Below are positions 1-11,295 of a stretch of DNA of 64,000 nucleotides, piece after piece (positions within the stretch are counted from its first letter, which is position 1; each line of letters starts with the position of its first letter). Source of the stretch: an uncultured Rivularia sp. (GTDB lineage: Bacteria > Cyanobacteriota > Cyanobacteriia > Cyanobacteriales > Nostocaceae); contig OY762007.1 in assembly GCA_963665115.1 (NCBI GenBank), forward strand, positions 1,824,001 to 1,888,000. Direction: 5' to 3'. The translations under genes and the position numbers were made by a program. The notes beneath the pieces are model-generated. The model worked only from the letters and a program-made list of their open reading frames with translations. It was not told where the DNA came from and searched no databases.

Positions 1-2
1 TT

Positions 3-335
3 TTGATGTGGTCAGCTTTTCCAGTTAATTTCTATTATTTTATAACAATATCCGATTCCCGTGCTTTTTGGGATATGAACCCTCCGGGGTATGGTTTGTA
101 CGATAAACAAGAAGGAATAATTCTAATTAGTCCGCGAAAGAACTGCATACTTTTAGAAGGTGATAGAAAACTCTACAATCGACTGCAAGAACTTTACGAA
201 AATTGGTTAGAATTAGGTAAACCAAGTCCTTTTGATTATGACATCGAGTTTCTACCATCATCAAAAGCAGCAACATCTTCTAAAGAGGGCTGGAATATTA
301 AAAGAAAGTTCTATCAACAGTTTTTGTCTTTGTAA
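3..335 (+). CDS. 3' part of a gene running in from the window edge; possibly the C-terminus of a PIMT-like methyltransferase
   Basis: ORF open at the window edge. The LYENWLELGKP..DY motif resembles C-termini of extended protein-L-isoaspartate methyltransferase homologs; weak evidence. Confidence 0.3.
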   Translation: MMWSAFPVNFYYFITISDSRAFWDMNPPGYGLYDKQEGIILISPRKNCILLEGDRKLYNRLQELYENWLELGKPSPFDYDIEFLPSSKAATSSKEGWNIKRKFYQQFLSL

Positions 336-419
336 ATATTACTTCTTTCCCGCTCCAAAACAAATTAATTCTCTCCACCTTTTCCCTCAGCGCCCTCTGC
401 GCCCTCTGCGGTTTTATTC

Positions 420-1619
420 CTATTCCCTACTCCTCAAAAACCTCTTAAAATCAAGATTCAGATATTCCAACACATCCTCAACATTATCAGCAACAACATG
501 AGCTACCCCGAAAAAAGGAGTAATTTCCGGATTACTGGGAAGATAATTTAACAACCTATCCCCAAAGCTATTACAAAAAGATTCCTCATCAAAGCTGTAT
601 TTTTCAGCTTCGTATTTCTCCGGTATACTAGCAAGCACAAAAGCATAAACCTGAGAATTACTATCACTATTTAACAAAGAATCCCAATTCGGTGCTTCAT
701 CCGTAAAAAATAAATCGTAGGGATTAAAACCAAAAGCATATTCAGTAATATCTGGTAGCGCAACTTGTCCAAACCGCAACGGATTTAATTCAATAGGAAA
801 AAGATTGCCGTTATTAAATCTAAACTCAAAATGAAACGGAAAACGACGCATATCAAGCTTGTTTCCAATATGCTCCAACACCTGCATCGTTTGCTCTATT
901 GTTTCAGCTACCACTTTTGTAGAAGTGTAATACAGCGTATCGCTAACATCTAAACTTGATGCAAAAGGATGTTGATAAATGCCAGTTATTACCGTTTCAC
1001 TGTTTGCATCCCAAAAACCATCACAAGCAAATTCATCACCTTCAACATATTCTTCCACAAGAAAAGAAGAATCATTTAACATCGCCGGATTCAAATGTTC
1101 TTTAGCTATATCAATATCTTTAAGAACCGAATTTACTGCCTTTTCCCATTCCTGTTGTCTATCTACGGTGCGAATACCTATAGAAGTAGTTCCAAAACTG
1201 GGTTTGATTACTACCGTTTCAACTGACTCTGGAAATCGAAAATCTTGCAAAGCTTCCCTTGTAAGTTCTAGATAAAATAAATTTGGATATAGCTCTTTAA
1301 CTAACTCGCGAAAAGTAGCTTTATTTTTAAAAGCATTAACTCTATCTAAACGTTGCGGTGGCAGATTATCAAGAATAAAAGCAAGACTTGCTTCCCAATT
1401 CATAATTACCACTGCATTTTTATCTTTAAGAAAAGACGCAGCTTCCACATCTTTAATGATATTAATATCCGGTAACGGAGCAGTCGGAGGTTGTACGTAA
1501 ACGGGAATATCCCAACGTTGAATTGCACGTAGTAATGAAGGAGAAATAATATGTCCCGAGATACAACATAAGTTGCTTGATTTGATGTTTTTATTCATAA
1601 ATATTTCTCTCCCTACCAA
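420..1619 (-). CDS. ATP-grasp domain protein (amino-acid/peptide ligase-like)
   Basis: NKATFRE, VIKPSFGTTSIG, FLVEEYVEGDEF, FHFEFR and IELNPLRFG motifs. Confidence 0.85.
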   Translation of the reverse strand: MVGREIFMNKNIKSSNLCCISGHIISPSLLRAIQRWDIPVYVQPPTAPLPDINIIKDVEAASFLKDKNAVVIMNWEASLAFILDNLPPQRLDRVNAFKNKATFRELVKELYPNLFYLELTREALQDFRFPESVETVVIKPSFGTTSIGIRTVDRQQEWEKAVNSVLKDIDIAKEHLNPAMLNDSSFLVEEYVEGDEFACDGFWDANSETVITGIYQHPFASSLDVSDTLYYTSTKVVAETIEQTMQVLEHIGNKLDMRRFPFHFEFRFNNGNLFPIELNPLRFGQVALPDITEYAFGFNPYDLFFTDEAPNWDSLLNSDSNSQVYAFVLASIPEKYEAEKYSFDEESFCNSFGDRLLNYLPSNPEITPFFGVAHVVADNVEDVLEYLNLDFKRFLRSRE

Positions 1620-1644
1620 TTACGAATAATCTAAATTAATAATT

Positions 1645-1692
1645 CCCAATTACCCATTACCCATTACCTATTACCAATTCCCAATTACCCAA
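1645..1692. repeat. Heptamer/hexamer STRR-type tandem repeats (CCAATTA/CCCATTA)
   Basis: Direct reading; typical of Nostocales intergenic DNA. Confidence 0.75.
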
Positions 1693-1694
1693 AA

Positions 1695-2351
1695 TCACTT
1701 ATCCAACCGCAACAAAATATCAACTAACTTTTTCGCATCGACCACATAAATACCATTCAGTTCGCTATCAGGAATATTCACACCACCCCTTGTAAAACAA
1801 AGTATTGCAGTTACCCAATCTACACCTTTTAACTTCCTTACTTCTTTTGCTTGTCCTTTAACTTTATGAATCAGATCGCCTTCTCTAAAATCATGAATTT
1901 TTTTACCATAACGTCTTCTTAAATGTCCGTTTTCAGATATTTTGGTCCCACCATGAGACTTAACATCAACTACGTACCACTTACCTTTAGGTGAACGTAA
2001 AACTATATCAGCATCTCCCCATCTTTTAATTCTCAAATTATATTCAATTTGCCATTTTTGGCTTTCTAAAACATATAATAAATCAGCTACATCAGTTTCA
2101 GCTTTAGCACCACGTCGAGCATCTAAGGCTCGTTTATCAAAGTATTTACCGCTACGGAACAAATAGCATGAACCCGTAAACCCTATCAATAAAATTAAAA
2201 TTGCTGCTGAAGAGGTAGAAAAAATAAAAAATAACCACACCGTTGCTATTGAAACACCCCCAGCTAGAAAATAACGTACCATTGCTGACAGCTTTCGTTT
2301 TCTAGCTAATTTACGGATGTATTCTCCCGGCTTTTTTGTATTAGTTGACAA
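1695..2351 (-). CDS. NERD (nuclease-related domain) protein with N-terminal membrane anchors
   Basis: Two hydrophobic helices, then GAKAE, DADIVL and VVDVKSH (PD-(D/E)xK-type). Confidence 0.8.
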   Translation of the reverse strand: MSTNTKKPGEYIRKLARKRKLSAMVRYFLAGGVSIATVWLFFIFSTSSAAILILLIGFTGSCYLFRSGKYFDKRALDARRGAKAETDVADLLYVLESQKWQIEYNLRIKRWGDADIVLRSPKGKWYVVDVKSHGGTKISENGHLRRRYGKKIHDFREGDLIHKVKGQAKEVRKLKGVDWVTAILCFTRGGVNIPDSELNGIYVVDAKKLVDILLRLDK

Positions 2352-2510
2352 TTTTTTAGTTTATTTGAATTAATTTAAATATTATTGAAAGTATATATTG
2401 TAATTAAGGTTTTTAAGTACCTTTGATAATAAAATTTACGCTAAAAAGCCACTATAACTTACGATTCTTTTCTGTGCCTTATTTCCTCTGCACGCTTTAA
2501 TCAAAATATC

Positions 2511-3090
2511 CTATCCCCAAATTTTCTGCATATTCAGCAAAAACCCAGGTAAAACATACTCTCCGGAAATAGTTTGAGGTAATTTTAAGACTTCAACTTC
2601 TTTCTCCAAACGATAAATTTCTACTTCCTGTTTTTTCCGATTAATCAACCAGCCCAAACGACAGCCATTTTCAATATATTCAAGCATCTTATTTTGCAGC
2701 TTTTTCAAATTATCAGAAGGCGACATTATTTCAATCACAAAATCGGGACAAAGAGGAATAAATCTTTCTTTTTGTTCTTTAGTTAAAGCATCCCAACGAG
2801 ACTTTTCCACCCACGAAACATCTGGAGATCGATCTGCTCCTGATGGTAAAGTAAATCCAGTTGATGAATCAAAAACTTCGCCGAGTTGATTTTGTTCGTT
2901 CCAAAACCATATTTGTCCGTTAATACTAGAATTACTTCTTCCCGTTTCTCCTCCCGTTGGTGGCATAACAATTAATTCCCCTTGAGCATTACGTTTCTAA
3001 TTTTAATTCCGGGTTTGTTTCACACAGTTGATAAAACTGTTCTCTGGTAAGCATGACTATTGGATTTAAATTTAATGTAAGTGAACTCAT
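2511..3090 (-). pseudogene. Uma2 (DUF820) endonuclease with +1 frameshift near 2995; possibly an assembly error
   Basis: MSSLTLNLNP...NPELKLE, then an extra A; removing it restores RNAQGELIVMPPTGGETG...SPDVSWV...PDFVIE. Confidence 0.85.
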
Positions 3091-3197
3091 AGGATTTTGG
3101 ATTTTAGATTTTAGATTTTAGATTGGGAGCATCCCAATTATTTAAAAATATATTGTAGTGGGAGCGTCTCGCTCCCTGGTAGTAACTTTCTATTACT

Positions 3198-3266
3198 ATT
3201 ACCAATTACCAATTACCAATTACCAATTACCAATCCCCAATCCCCAATCCCCAATGCCCAATGCCC
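3198..3266. repeat. STRR heptamer tract: (TACCAAT)n followed by (CCCCAAT)n
   Basis: About nine consecutive heptamers read directly. Confidence 0.9.
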
Positions 3267-3745
3267 TAATGAATAGCATAATCTAAAACTCTTTCCCAAC
3301 CCCAGCGCCAAGCTGTTTCTATCAACATTTCTTTACTATTTGTAAAAACAATGTATTCCTTCCCAGCATCATAAATAATATCTGCAACAAGTTGATTGCG
3401 CTTATCATATCCCCACATCTTTGCAGCACCTTCCCACCATTTTTGCCCCGGTGTTTTCAAAATCGATTGATTCAGATACTCCGCATACCATTCCTTTGGC
3501 TGCCATTTTTCATTTAGCGATCGCACTAGAATAATACTCGCGTGATATTCTTGTTTTTGTTTGTGCAACCATAATACATAGCTGATTGCTGCTCTTAAAG
3601 CATCTTCTAGCCCATCAAAGCTACTTTCCAAAGCTTCTCGTACATCAGCACGTGAAAAATTTACACCAATAGTAACTAAAGCTTTTTCGTACTGTTTAAA
3701 TACTTCGTACTCTACCGAATTTTGATCGTATAGCCACACGCTCAA
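3266..3745 (-). CDS. Hypothetical protein
   Basis: 159-aa ORF with GAGGA RBS before a TTG start; protein-like composition. Confidence 0.7.
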   Translation of the reverse strand: MSVWLYDQNSVEYEVFKQYEKALVTIGVNFSRADVREALESSFDGLEDALRAAISYVLWLHKQKQEYHASIILVRSLNEKWQPKEWYAEYLNQSILKTPGQKWWEGAAKMWGYDKRNQLVADIIYDAGKEYIVFTNSKEMLIETAWRWGWERVLDYAIH

Positions 3746-3991
3746 TCATCCTCACAAAAATAAGTCCTACAAATAATCTTTAATTTAGTATCGCAGTTTT
3801 TCACTTTACATAAATCAAGTATAGATAAAATACAGTTTAATTGATAAAGTTAGTCATATATAATTAATTTTTAGAAATGTAACCAGATGTGTATTGTTAT
3901 TAATAAGGTTTGATTTGCTTATAATTATATACGTAAATATTAAAAGCGATATTTTTTTCAATAGCAATAAAAACTTTATTAAATCAATAAA

Positions 3992-4900
3992 ATGAGTCAA
4001 ACTTATTTGGATATTGCACGACAAGGCAAAAATAATTGGTGGCGCTATTTATTAGGTATAATTCTCATTCTATTCTTCTGGTTTATTGTAGGTGGTATAG
4101 CCGCAGGTATTTTACTAATCTTACCTGTTGCCAACCAAGGTTTAAGTTCATCGGAATTAACTCAACAAGTTGAAGCTTCTTTGAGAAAACCTTCTATCCA
4201 AACATATCTGATAATTAATATTCAGTTTATCTTTTTTTTGCTAGGAATATTCTTGAGTATGAAGTGGCTGCATCAGCGGCGATTTTTATCTTTAGTTGGT
4301 GCAGATGCCAAAATTAGATGGCAGCGCTTTTTTCAAGGATTTGGAGTCTGGTTTTTAATTCACTCAACTCTTTTTGCTATCAGTTTTATATTAGAACCAG
4401 GTAATTTAGAATTTGCTTTTAAACCAGTTCAATGGTTGATTTTACTTGCTTGTGCTTTAATATTAACTCCCATACAAACTTCTACAGAAGAGTTATTTTT
4501 TCGCGGCTATATACTTCAAGGATTGGGATTAATTACAAAACAGCCATTAATACTAATGATGATTAATGGTATTTTATTTATGTTACCGCATTTAGCCAAT
4601 CCAGAAGTTCAACGCGGATTTTTATGGATGGCACTATATTACTTTTCTTTTGGTGTTTTTTGTACGTTACTAACACTCAAAGACAATCGATTAGAACTCG
4701 CTTTTGGCGCTCATGCAGCAAATAACCTGTTTGTTATCTTATTTGTCAGCACAAAAGACTCAGCAATTCAAGTACCTGCAATTTGGTTAGCCAAAGAAAC
4801 TGGCGATCCAAAATGGACAGTATTATTGTTTTTGCTTGAATGCGTCTTGTTTTATCTAATTATCTTTAATTTCGCAAGAAAGAAAATGAGTAATCGGTAA
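3992..4900 (+). CDS. CPBP (Abi/CAAX) intramembrane metalloprotease
   Basis: EELFFRG, FMLPH and HAANN motifs; multiple TM helices. Confidence 0.9.
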   Translation: MSQTYLDIARQGKNNWWRYLLGIILILFFWFIVGGIAAGILLILPVANQGLSSSELTQQVEASLRKPSIQTYLIINIQFIFFLLGIFLSMKWLHQRRFLSLVGADAKIRWQRFFQGFGVWFLIHSTLFAISFILEPGNLEFAFKPVQWLILLACALILTPIQTSTEELFFRGYILQGLGLITKQPLILMMINGILFMLPHLANPEVQRGFLWMALYYFSFGVFCTLLTLKDNRLELAFGAHAANNLFVILFVSTKDSAIQVPAIWLAKETGDPKWTVLLFLLECVLFYLIIFNFARKKMSNR

Positions 4901-5017
4901 TCAAGAATAAGCAAGACAAATAATATCTCAATGCCCCATGCCCCCCAACCCTATTCCCCATGTCAATTACGATGTAAAATCAGTTTTTAGATCAACTGCA
5001 AAGGGGAGAAAACAGGA

Positions 5018-5740
5018 GTGCTGACACTCGGTGTAAATATTGACCACATCGCCACTATTCGACAAGCGCGGCGCACGGTGGAACCCGATCCAGTGGCGGC
5101 TGCGGTGCTGGCTGAGATAGGTGGTGCGGATGGGATTACGGTACATTTACGGGAAGATCGAAGACATATTCAAGACAGAGATGTACGGATTTTGCGAGAA
5201 ACTGTCAGAACTCATCTGAATTTAGAAATGGCGGCTACCGACGAAATGTTGGCGATCGCTCTCGATATCAAACCCGATTATGTGACTCTGGTACCGGAGA
5301 AGCGCGAGGAAGTCACCACCGAAGGCGGTTTAGATATTGCCGGACAAGTTGATAGAATTGGAAATATAGTTGAGAAGTTGCAAAGTATTGGCATTCCCGT
5401 AAGTTTATTTATTGATGCGGAAGATTCACAAATTGAAGCATCTGTCAAGGTAAAAGCAAAATTTATTGAGTTACATACGGGAAGATATGCGGAAGCTAAA
5501 AATGAAGTAACTCAAGATATGGAGTTGAATTTATTAACATACGCTTGCAACCAAGCAAGAAATGCCGGATTGCGAGTAAATGCCGGACATGGACTTACAT
5601 ATACAAACGTTTATCCCGTGGCTTGTATTGAAGGCATGGAAGAGCTTAATATCGGTCATACTATTATTAGTAGAGCCTCTTTAGTAGGCATAGAAAGAGC
5701 GGTAAGAGAAATCAAGCAAATCATGCACGGGAAACAGTAA
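5018..5740 (+). CDS. pdxJ: Pyridoxine 5'-phosphate synthase
   Basis: [38 protein letters not shown]. Confidence 0.97.
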   Translation: MLTLGVNIDHIATIRQARRTVEPDPVAAAVLAEIGGADGITVHLREDRRHIQDRDVRILRETVRTHLNLEMAATDEMLAIALDIKPDYVTLVPEKREEVTTEGGLDIAGQVDRIGNIVEKLQSIGIPVSLFIDAEDSQIEASVKVKAKFIELHTGRYAEAKNEVTQDMELNLLTYACNQARNAGLRVNAGHGLTYTNVYPVACIEGMEELNIGHTIISRASLVGIERAVREIKQIMHGKQ

Positions 5741-5842
5741 TCAGTTAACAGTAATTAGTTAACAGTGAACAGTTATTCAATGCCCAATGCCCCATCCCCA
5801 ATCCCCAATCCCCAATTACAACAGTTAACAGTAAACAGTAAA
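5735..5842. repeat. STRR tract (AACAGTT/AACAGTA and CCCCAAT heptamers)
   Basis: Direct reading. Confidence 0.8.
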
Positions 5843-6018
5843 AATATCTTAATAGTTGATAATTAAAAATTGTTAACCGAGATTTGAGGGTTGAATCCGT
5901 GAAATATGCTCTGGGCAAAAGAAATCTTACTTAGAAAGTAAATAGTCACTGCATATCCAATCAATTTATTTACCAATAATAAATATATAGCGACAATACT
6001 TTACAGCAGATTAATTCT

Positions 6019-6810
6019 ATGAGCGCAACACAATCGAACAATTTGCCTTTGTGGGTACAGGATCGAGAAACTCTAATTGAACATAGTGCCGATGCTCAAT
6101 GGCGCGGTAATAACCCTCCCGATTATGCCGAATCAGTTGAAAATTTGGCAAAGGAAAGCCTGAAAAATCATCCTGCGGGTTCTTTAGAGGATTTAGTGCA
6201 AAATTTGGTTAGAGCCTTTGAGATGGAGGCATCTTTCAAAACTAATCCTTCGGAGTGGCTATCGGTTGTAAATGATAAGTTTCGCATGAGCAGCAACGGT
6301 GGAGAAGAATTCACCGCACAAGAAGTGTCGGATGCGGGAACTTACAACTTATTTATTGGGGAAATGGAGCAGTATAAAGCTTCGGAGGAAAACTTTGAAT
6401 CATCTGGAAGACTTTTCCGCAGTGCATTTCCCAAAGGATTTTTATGGGAAGTGTTAGAAGTATATTCGGGGCCACCAAACGTTACATTCAAATGGCGGCA
6501 TTGGGGAACATTTAATGGCCTATATAAAGACTATGCTCCTACAGGGGAAGTTGTAGAGGTAATTGGTATGAGTCTTGCACGGGTAAGTGATGATTTGAAA
6601 GTGATTTCTTTGGAACACTATTTCGATAACACTCTGTTCTTTGACAAACTTACAAGCGGTGGTATGATTACTACGCACAAGAGAAGCAACCCAATTTTAA
6701 GATTGGTGCAAAAACTTTGGGGAAGCAGCGAAAAACCAGCTACTCAACAGCTAGCAACAACTGGTTGTCCGTTTAAAAAATTAGCCGCTCCTTTCAATTC
6801 TTCAAATTAA
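6019..6810 (+). CDS. SnoaL/ester-cyclase-like 'pathogenesis-related' family protein
   Basis: SLEDLVQNLVRAFEME, GTYNLF, WEVLEVYSGPPNVTFKWRHWG; C-terminal GCPF. Confidence 0.75.
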   Translation: MSATQSNNLPLWVQDRETLIEHSADAQWRGNNPPDYAESVENLAKESLKNHPAGSLEDLVQNLVRAFEMEASFKTNPSEWLSVVNDKFRMSSNGGEEFTAQEVSDAGTYNLFIGEMEQYKASEENFESSGRLFRSAFPKGFLWEVLEVYSGPPNVTFKWRHWGTFNGLYKDYAPTGEVVEVIGMSLARVSDDLKVISLEHYFDNTLFFDKLTSGGMITTHKRSNPILRLVQKLWGSSEKPATQQLATTGCPFKKLAAPFNSSN

Positions 6811-6875
6811 ATTGCACTCGGACACAGTATTATATGCTGTGTCCCAATCATTTGTTCAATCTATCACGTGTGACA

Positions 6876-7208
6876 ATGCAAACATACTATTACGTACTCG
6901 CTTCTCAACGCTTTTTATTAGAAGAAGAACCTTTTGAGGAGGTTTTAAAGGAACGTACTCGTTATTATCACGAACAAGAGAAAGAAATCGATTTTTGGTT
7001 AGTTAAACAGCCAGCTTTTCTTGAAACTGCCGCCATGTCAGAGATTAAAGCCAAATGCCCGCAACCAGCAGCGGCAGTTGTTTCTACCAATCCTCAATTT
7101 ATCACTTGGTTGAAACTGCGATTGGAATATGTAGTAACGGGTGAATTTCAAGCTCCTTCTTCAGAGATTCCCGATGCTTTAGCGAGTCTAGCTCCAGTTT
7201 CATCGTAG
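6876..7208 (+). CDS. ycf54: Ycf54, MgPME cyclase accessory protein
   Basis: TYYYVLASQRFLLEEEPFEEVLKER...DFWLVKQPAFL...FITWLKLRLEYV. Confidence 0.93.
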   Translation: MQTYYYVLASQRFLLEEEPFEEVLKERTRYYHEQEKEIDFWLVKQPAFLETAAMSEIKAKCPQPAAAVVSTNPQFITWLKLRLEYVVTGEFQAPSSEIPDALASLAPVSS

Positions 7209-7373
7209 GGAACAGGGAACGGGGAAGGGGGAATAGGTAACAGGAAACGCGGGAAAAGTATTTATCTAATTAATAACGAGGGGATTTAATTTAAAACCTT
7301 TAACCTTTAACCTTTGACTTTTAAGCTTTAACCTTTAACCTTTTTAATTATGGTGTGTATTAGGGGAATAAAT

Positions 7374-8045
7374 ATGAATCCGATTAATTCAAGTATTTTG
7401 CGTAAATTTAAAATCCCAGCCGCTTTAATATTATCAACAGCCGGTTTGCTATGCGGGATAAATTCTGTATCTGCTCAGAGCAATACTCCTACCTGTCAAG
7501 CTCCTAGAACAGGTGAATATCTTTTATTAGTAGTCAGTCCGACAAAAGATAATCAAACCCAATTAAAGCGAGTATTACCCACAAAAATTAGGACAAATAT
7601 CTGTAAATATCTTGACGATACAGTTACCCGCATCGGTGGATTTAAGAAAATTGACGATGCCAATCGCTGGGCAAGATATATCAAAGATTCTGCTGGTTTA
7701 TCTGCAATAATTACTACTAGACCTACGGGAACACCTACACCATCTCAAGCAGGAATTCAAGCAACTACCGTAAGTTACAAACCTCGACGCTTGGGAAATG
7801 GTTACGCCGTATTAGTAGATTATTACAATCGTCCTCAAATGGTAAACGACGTTCGCAAAGCAGTCAAAGGAGACGTGGGTTTCGTAGCTTACGGAAGACG
7901 ACCTTATTTGTTAGCTAATTACACCAGCAATCAAAAAGAAGCCTATCAAACCTTAGAAGAACTTTCCAAACGCGGATTTTTTGCCATCATTGTTGATAGT
8001 GAAAAGGTGATGTTATTACGTTCTGTCGTCAATTTACCTAATTAG
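7374..8045 (+). CDS. Secreted hypothetical protein, possibly SPOR-like
   Basis: Signal peptide ending SVSA; two similar beta-alpha domains. Confidence 0.6.
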   Translation: MNPINSSILRKFKIPAALILSTAGLLCGINSVSAQSNTPTCQAPRTGEYLLLVVSPTKDNQTQLKRVLPTKIRTNICKYLDDTVTRIGGFKKIDDANRWARYIKDSAGLSAIITTRPTGTPTPSQAGIQATTVSYKPRRLGNGYAVLVDYYNRPQMVNDVRKAVKGDVGFVAYGRRPYLLANYTSNQKEAYQTLEELSKRGFFAIIVDSEKVMLLRSVVNLPN

Positions 8046-8192
8046 TTGATAGTTGATAGTTGATAGTTGTTCCACTAACCACTAACCCTTCGGGTATCTC
8101 CTTCGGAGACGCTGAGCCGCACGCTCCGCGTGAACGCTAATGCAGTCGCTCATGGGGGAGACCCCCAAGACCGCGCTGTCTCACCACTAACC
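8043..8192. repeat. STRR tract (TAGTTGA, CCACTAA) interrupted by nested GC-rich palindromic small dispersed repeats
   Basis: cccttcggg, tctccttcggaga, cacgctccgcgtg and gggggagaccccc hairpins between CCACTAA units. Confidence 0.8.
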
Positions 8193-8193
8193 C

Positions 8194-8649
8194 TTAATAA
8201 GCTGCTTGCGCCAACAAAGAAATAGTAACACCCAAAGCCGAACCGGCTATTACTTGAAAGGGTGTATGTCCGAGTAATTCTTTAAGACGCTCGGCAGCTA
8301 TTTCGGGATGATCGTGGAACATCTCGTCAATTACTTGGTTGAGGATGCGTGCTTGTTTTCCGGCAGCTTGTCGGACTCCAGCAGCATCATACATAACGAT
8401 GACGGCGAAAATTGCAGCTAAAGCAAACTCGGGGGAAGCCCAGCCGATAGTTTGTCCAACACCAGCAGCCAAAGCGGTAACTAAAGCTGAATGAGCGCTG
8501 GGCATACCTCCAGTTGTGACTAAAACACTCGCACTCACTTTACCGTTTTTGATTAGCTCGATTAGGAGCTTTAAAGCCTGGGCGGTGAAACAAGCTATCA
8601 AGGCAACCAATAGCACGTGATTGTCAAATACATTGCCTATATCTTGCAT
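8194..8649 (-). CDS. Divergent PAP2 family protein (DUF212)
   Basis: TGGMPSAHSA, VMYDAAGVRQAAG, LKELLGHTP; usual neighbour of crtE. Confidence 0.92.
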   Translation of the reverse strand: MQDIGNVFDNHVLLVALIACFTAQALKLLIELIKNGKVSASVLVTTGGMPSAHSALVTALAAGVGQTIGWASPEFALAAIFAVIVMYDAAGVRQAAGKQARILNQVIDEMFHDHPEIAAERLKELLGHTPFQVIAGSALGVTISLLAQAAY

Positions 8650-8746
8650 GGTATTACGGTTAAATTAGAGTAATATTAGCAGTGGTTGTGCGCGTGAGGA
8701 AGTGTGGGATATTACTTATTAAAATCCCCAAGGTGGAAAAGTTGAA

Positions 8747-9682
8747 TTAGTTATTACGACTAGTAATGAAATAAGCGAGGGCAACTAAAGGTTTAGCTTG
8801 CTCCCCAAAGGGTTCTAATTCAGCACAAGCAGCTTCAACAAGTAACTGTGCTTGTTTCTTCGATTCTTCCAAACCCCAAAGACTGGGATAGGTAACTTTT
8901 TGCGCTTTTTGGTCTTTGCCAGCAGTTTTACCTAATTGTTCTTGGGTTGCGGTGATATCCAGAATATCATCAACTATCTGAAATGCAAGTCCAATATTTT
9001 GAGAATAGCGTTCGAGTCTTTGTAAGTTTTCTGATGATGTTCCCGATAAGATACCCCCACAAACTACACTAGCTTCTAAAAGAGCGGCTGTTTTATGATT
9101 ATGAATAAAATTCAGAGTTTCTAAGGGAACATCCGTCTTCCCTTCCATTTCTAAATCTACAACTTGGCCGCCAACTAAACCAGCAGCACCAACCGCACGT
9201 CCCAAACGGGAAATTACCTGTAAAACTTGGGTTGCTGGCACTTCTTGGGTATTCGCTGCCACATACTCAAAAGCATAAGCTAACAAACCATCCCCAGCTA
9301 AAATTGCTACATCATCCCCATATACTTTGTGATTGGTTAACTTACCCCGACGGTAATCATCATTATCCATCGCCGGGAGGTCATCGTGAATCAAAGACAT
9401 GGTGTGAATCATTTCCAAAGCGCAAGCCGTCGGCATTGCCATCTCGATATTTCCACCAGTCATTTCGCAAGTAGCCAGACATAAAATCGGACGCAACCGC
9501 TTACCTCCAGCTAAAAGAGAATAGCGCATTGACTCATAAATTTTCTCCGGATAAACTACGGTCATCGACTTATCCAAAGCAGCTTCCACAAGCTTTTGTC
9601 TATCCTTTAGATAAACCGATAAATCAAACTTTAATTGTTTGGATTCTGGTGAATTTTTTGTCAGATTATCTGCTGCAACCAT
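8747..9682 (-). CDS. crtE: Geranylgeranyl diphosphate synthase
   Basis: [32 protein letters not shown]. The ORF-track N-terminal extension is translated STRR repeat. Confidence 0.95.
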   Translation of the reverse strand: MVAADNLTKNSPESKQLKFDLSVYLKDRQKLVEAALDKSMTVVYPEKIYESMRYSLLAGGKRLRPILCLATCEMTGGNIEMAMPTACALEMIHTMSLIHDDLPAMDNDDYRRGKLTNHKVYGDDVAILAGDGLLAYAFEYVAANTQEVPATQVLQVISRLGRAVGAAGLVGGQVVDLEMEGKTDVPLETLNFIHNHKTAALLEASVVCGGILSGTSSENLQRLERYSQNIGLAFQIVDDILDITATQEQLGKTAGKDQKAQKVTYPSLWGLEESKKQAQLLVEAACAELEPFGEQAKPLVALAYFITSRNN

Positions 9683-9719
9683 TTGCTCCTGCTCCTTAAT
9701 TTCCTGTTTTATCTCAACT

Positions 9720-9810
9720 GTTAACTGGTAATTGGTAATTGGTAGTTGGTAATTGGTAATTGGTAATTGGTAATTGTTCACCACTAACCACTAACTACTC
9801 ACCACTAACA
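9720..9810. repeat. STRR tract (TGGTAAT)n and (CCACTAA)n
   Basis: Direct reading. Confidence 0.85.
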
Positions 9811-10678
9811 ACGCTCCTGATAACTGTTAACAGTATTTTCTAACAACATGGCAACAGTCATAGGCCCCTATACCACCGGGAACTGGGGTAAGGAAATCTG
9901 CAACAGTTGCAACTTCATCAAACCTGACATCACCAATTAAGCGACTTTTGCCGTTGTCGTCAGTAATGCGGTTTATCCCCACATCTACCACAACCGCGCC
10001 TTTTTTCACCATTTCGGCGGTAATTAATTGGGGAATCCCCACGGCGCTAACTAGAATATCGGCTTTTTTTGTAATATCTTGTAAATTTTGGGTGCGCGAA
10101 TGAGCCATAGTAACTGTGGCATTTGCTTCTAATAGCATGATCGACATTGGTTTCCCTACCAAAATCGAACGTCCTAATACTACTGCTTGTTTTCCTTCAA
10201 GGGATATGGAATATTCTTCCAACAAACGCATTACACCCGCAGGAGTGCAACTGCGTAAACCTGGCTCACCCCTTAATAATCTTCCCAAATTCAGGGGATG
10301 GAGTCCATCAACATCTTTATCGGGAGCAATTTGATGTAATAACGCTACGCTATCCAAATGAGGGGGGAGAGGTAGCTGGACTAAAATCCCATCAACTCGT
10401 TCGTCGGAATTTAAATTATGAATAACTTCTTGAAGTTCGTTAAAACTGGTTTCTGTGGGGAAATGTCGGTTAAACGAAGCAATACCCACCTTGGCACAAG
10501 CTCGTTCCTTGTTGCGGACATAAGCAGCGCTTGCAGGGTTGTCACCAACCATCAATACCGCCAAGCCAGGGGGACGACCTATTTTAGATTGCAATTGGGC
10601 TATCTTAGTTGAAAGTTCTTCGTGAATCTTTAACCCTAAAGCTTTACCATCAAGCAATTTTGCTGTTTTTGTTTCCAT
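9805..10678 (-). CDS. folD: Methylenetetrahydrofolate dehydrogenase/cyclohydrolase; apparent +1 frameshift at 9865-9868
   Basis: [32 protein letters not shown]; removing one G restores [11 protein letters not shown] and a stop at 9805. Confidence 0.95.
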
Positions 10679-10861
10679 GAGCAATTTTAAATCAGTAAAT
10701 ACGCCACGGCATTCACCATATTATTTATCTTCTCAGATAGTTTGCCGTGAAGCGAGAATAGAATTTTGTCTGTTAAAAACTTAGTATTATCGGGAACTAT
10801 ATATATGAAAATTACGACAATCCAAGCGCTGATACCTAAAATTCCGGATATGCTGCCTACA

Positions 10862-11251
10862 ATGCAACAAGCTAGAAAAAGAGTTAACACAAAATTTATA
10901 TACCGTCTGGGATTAGCTCCTATCTTGATATTGGGGCTAGCAAGTTGCAACAATGTGAGCGAATACGGAATGAATGCCATTGGCGTGAATGTGACTGCAA
11001 TTAGCGAGCTAACACCGCAAAAAGGCGATAATAATGCTCCCGTTTACGTGAGCGGCAAAGTCGAAAGAAAAGTACCTTTGTTAGAGAAACAAATGTATCA
11101 GATCGAGGACTCCACTGGCAAAATTTGGGTATTAACCAATCAGAAAGGCTGGAAGGTAGGAGAGAAAGTTGTAGTCAAAGCCATACCTCAGTACGAAAGC
11201 ATTCCCATCTCTGGGGCAGAATTAGGGAAAGTTTACTTAGAAGAAAAGTAA
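10862..11251 (+). CDS. Putative OB-fold lipoprotein
   Basis: LASC lipobox; YQIEDSTGKIWV OB-fold-like motif. Confidence 0.7.
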   Translation: MQQARKRVNTKFIYRLGLAPILILGLASCNNVSEYGMNAIGVNVTAISELTPQKGDNNAPVYVSGKVERKVPLLEKQMYQIEDSTGKIWVLTNQKGWKVGEKVVVKAIPQYESIPISGAELGKVYLEEK

Positions 11252-11295
11252 TATTTTAGACTTTGACTATAATTAATTTTTATGAACAATAACCA

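Noticed and set aside
9683..9784. N-terminal YQLPITN repeats on CrtE
   Set aside because: Translation of a TGGTAAT STRR tract; the real start is at 9682
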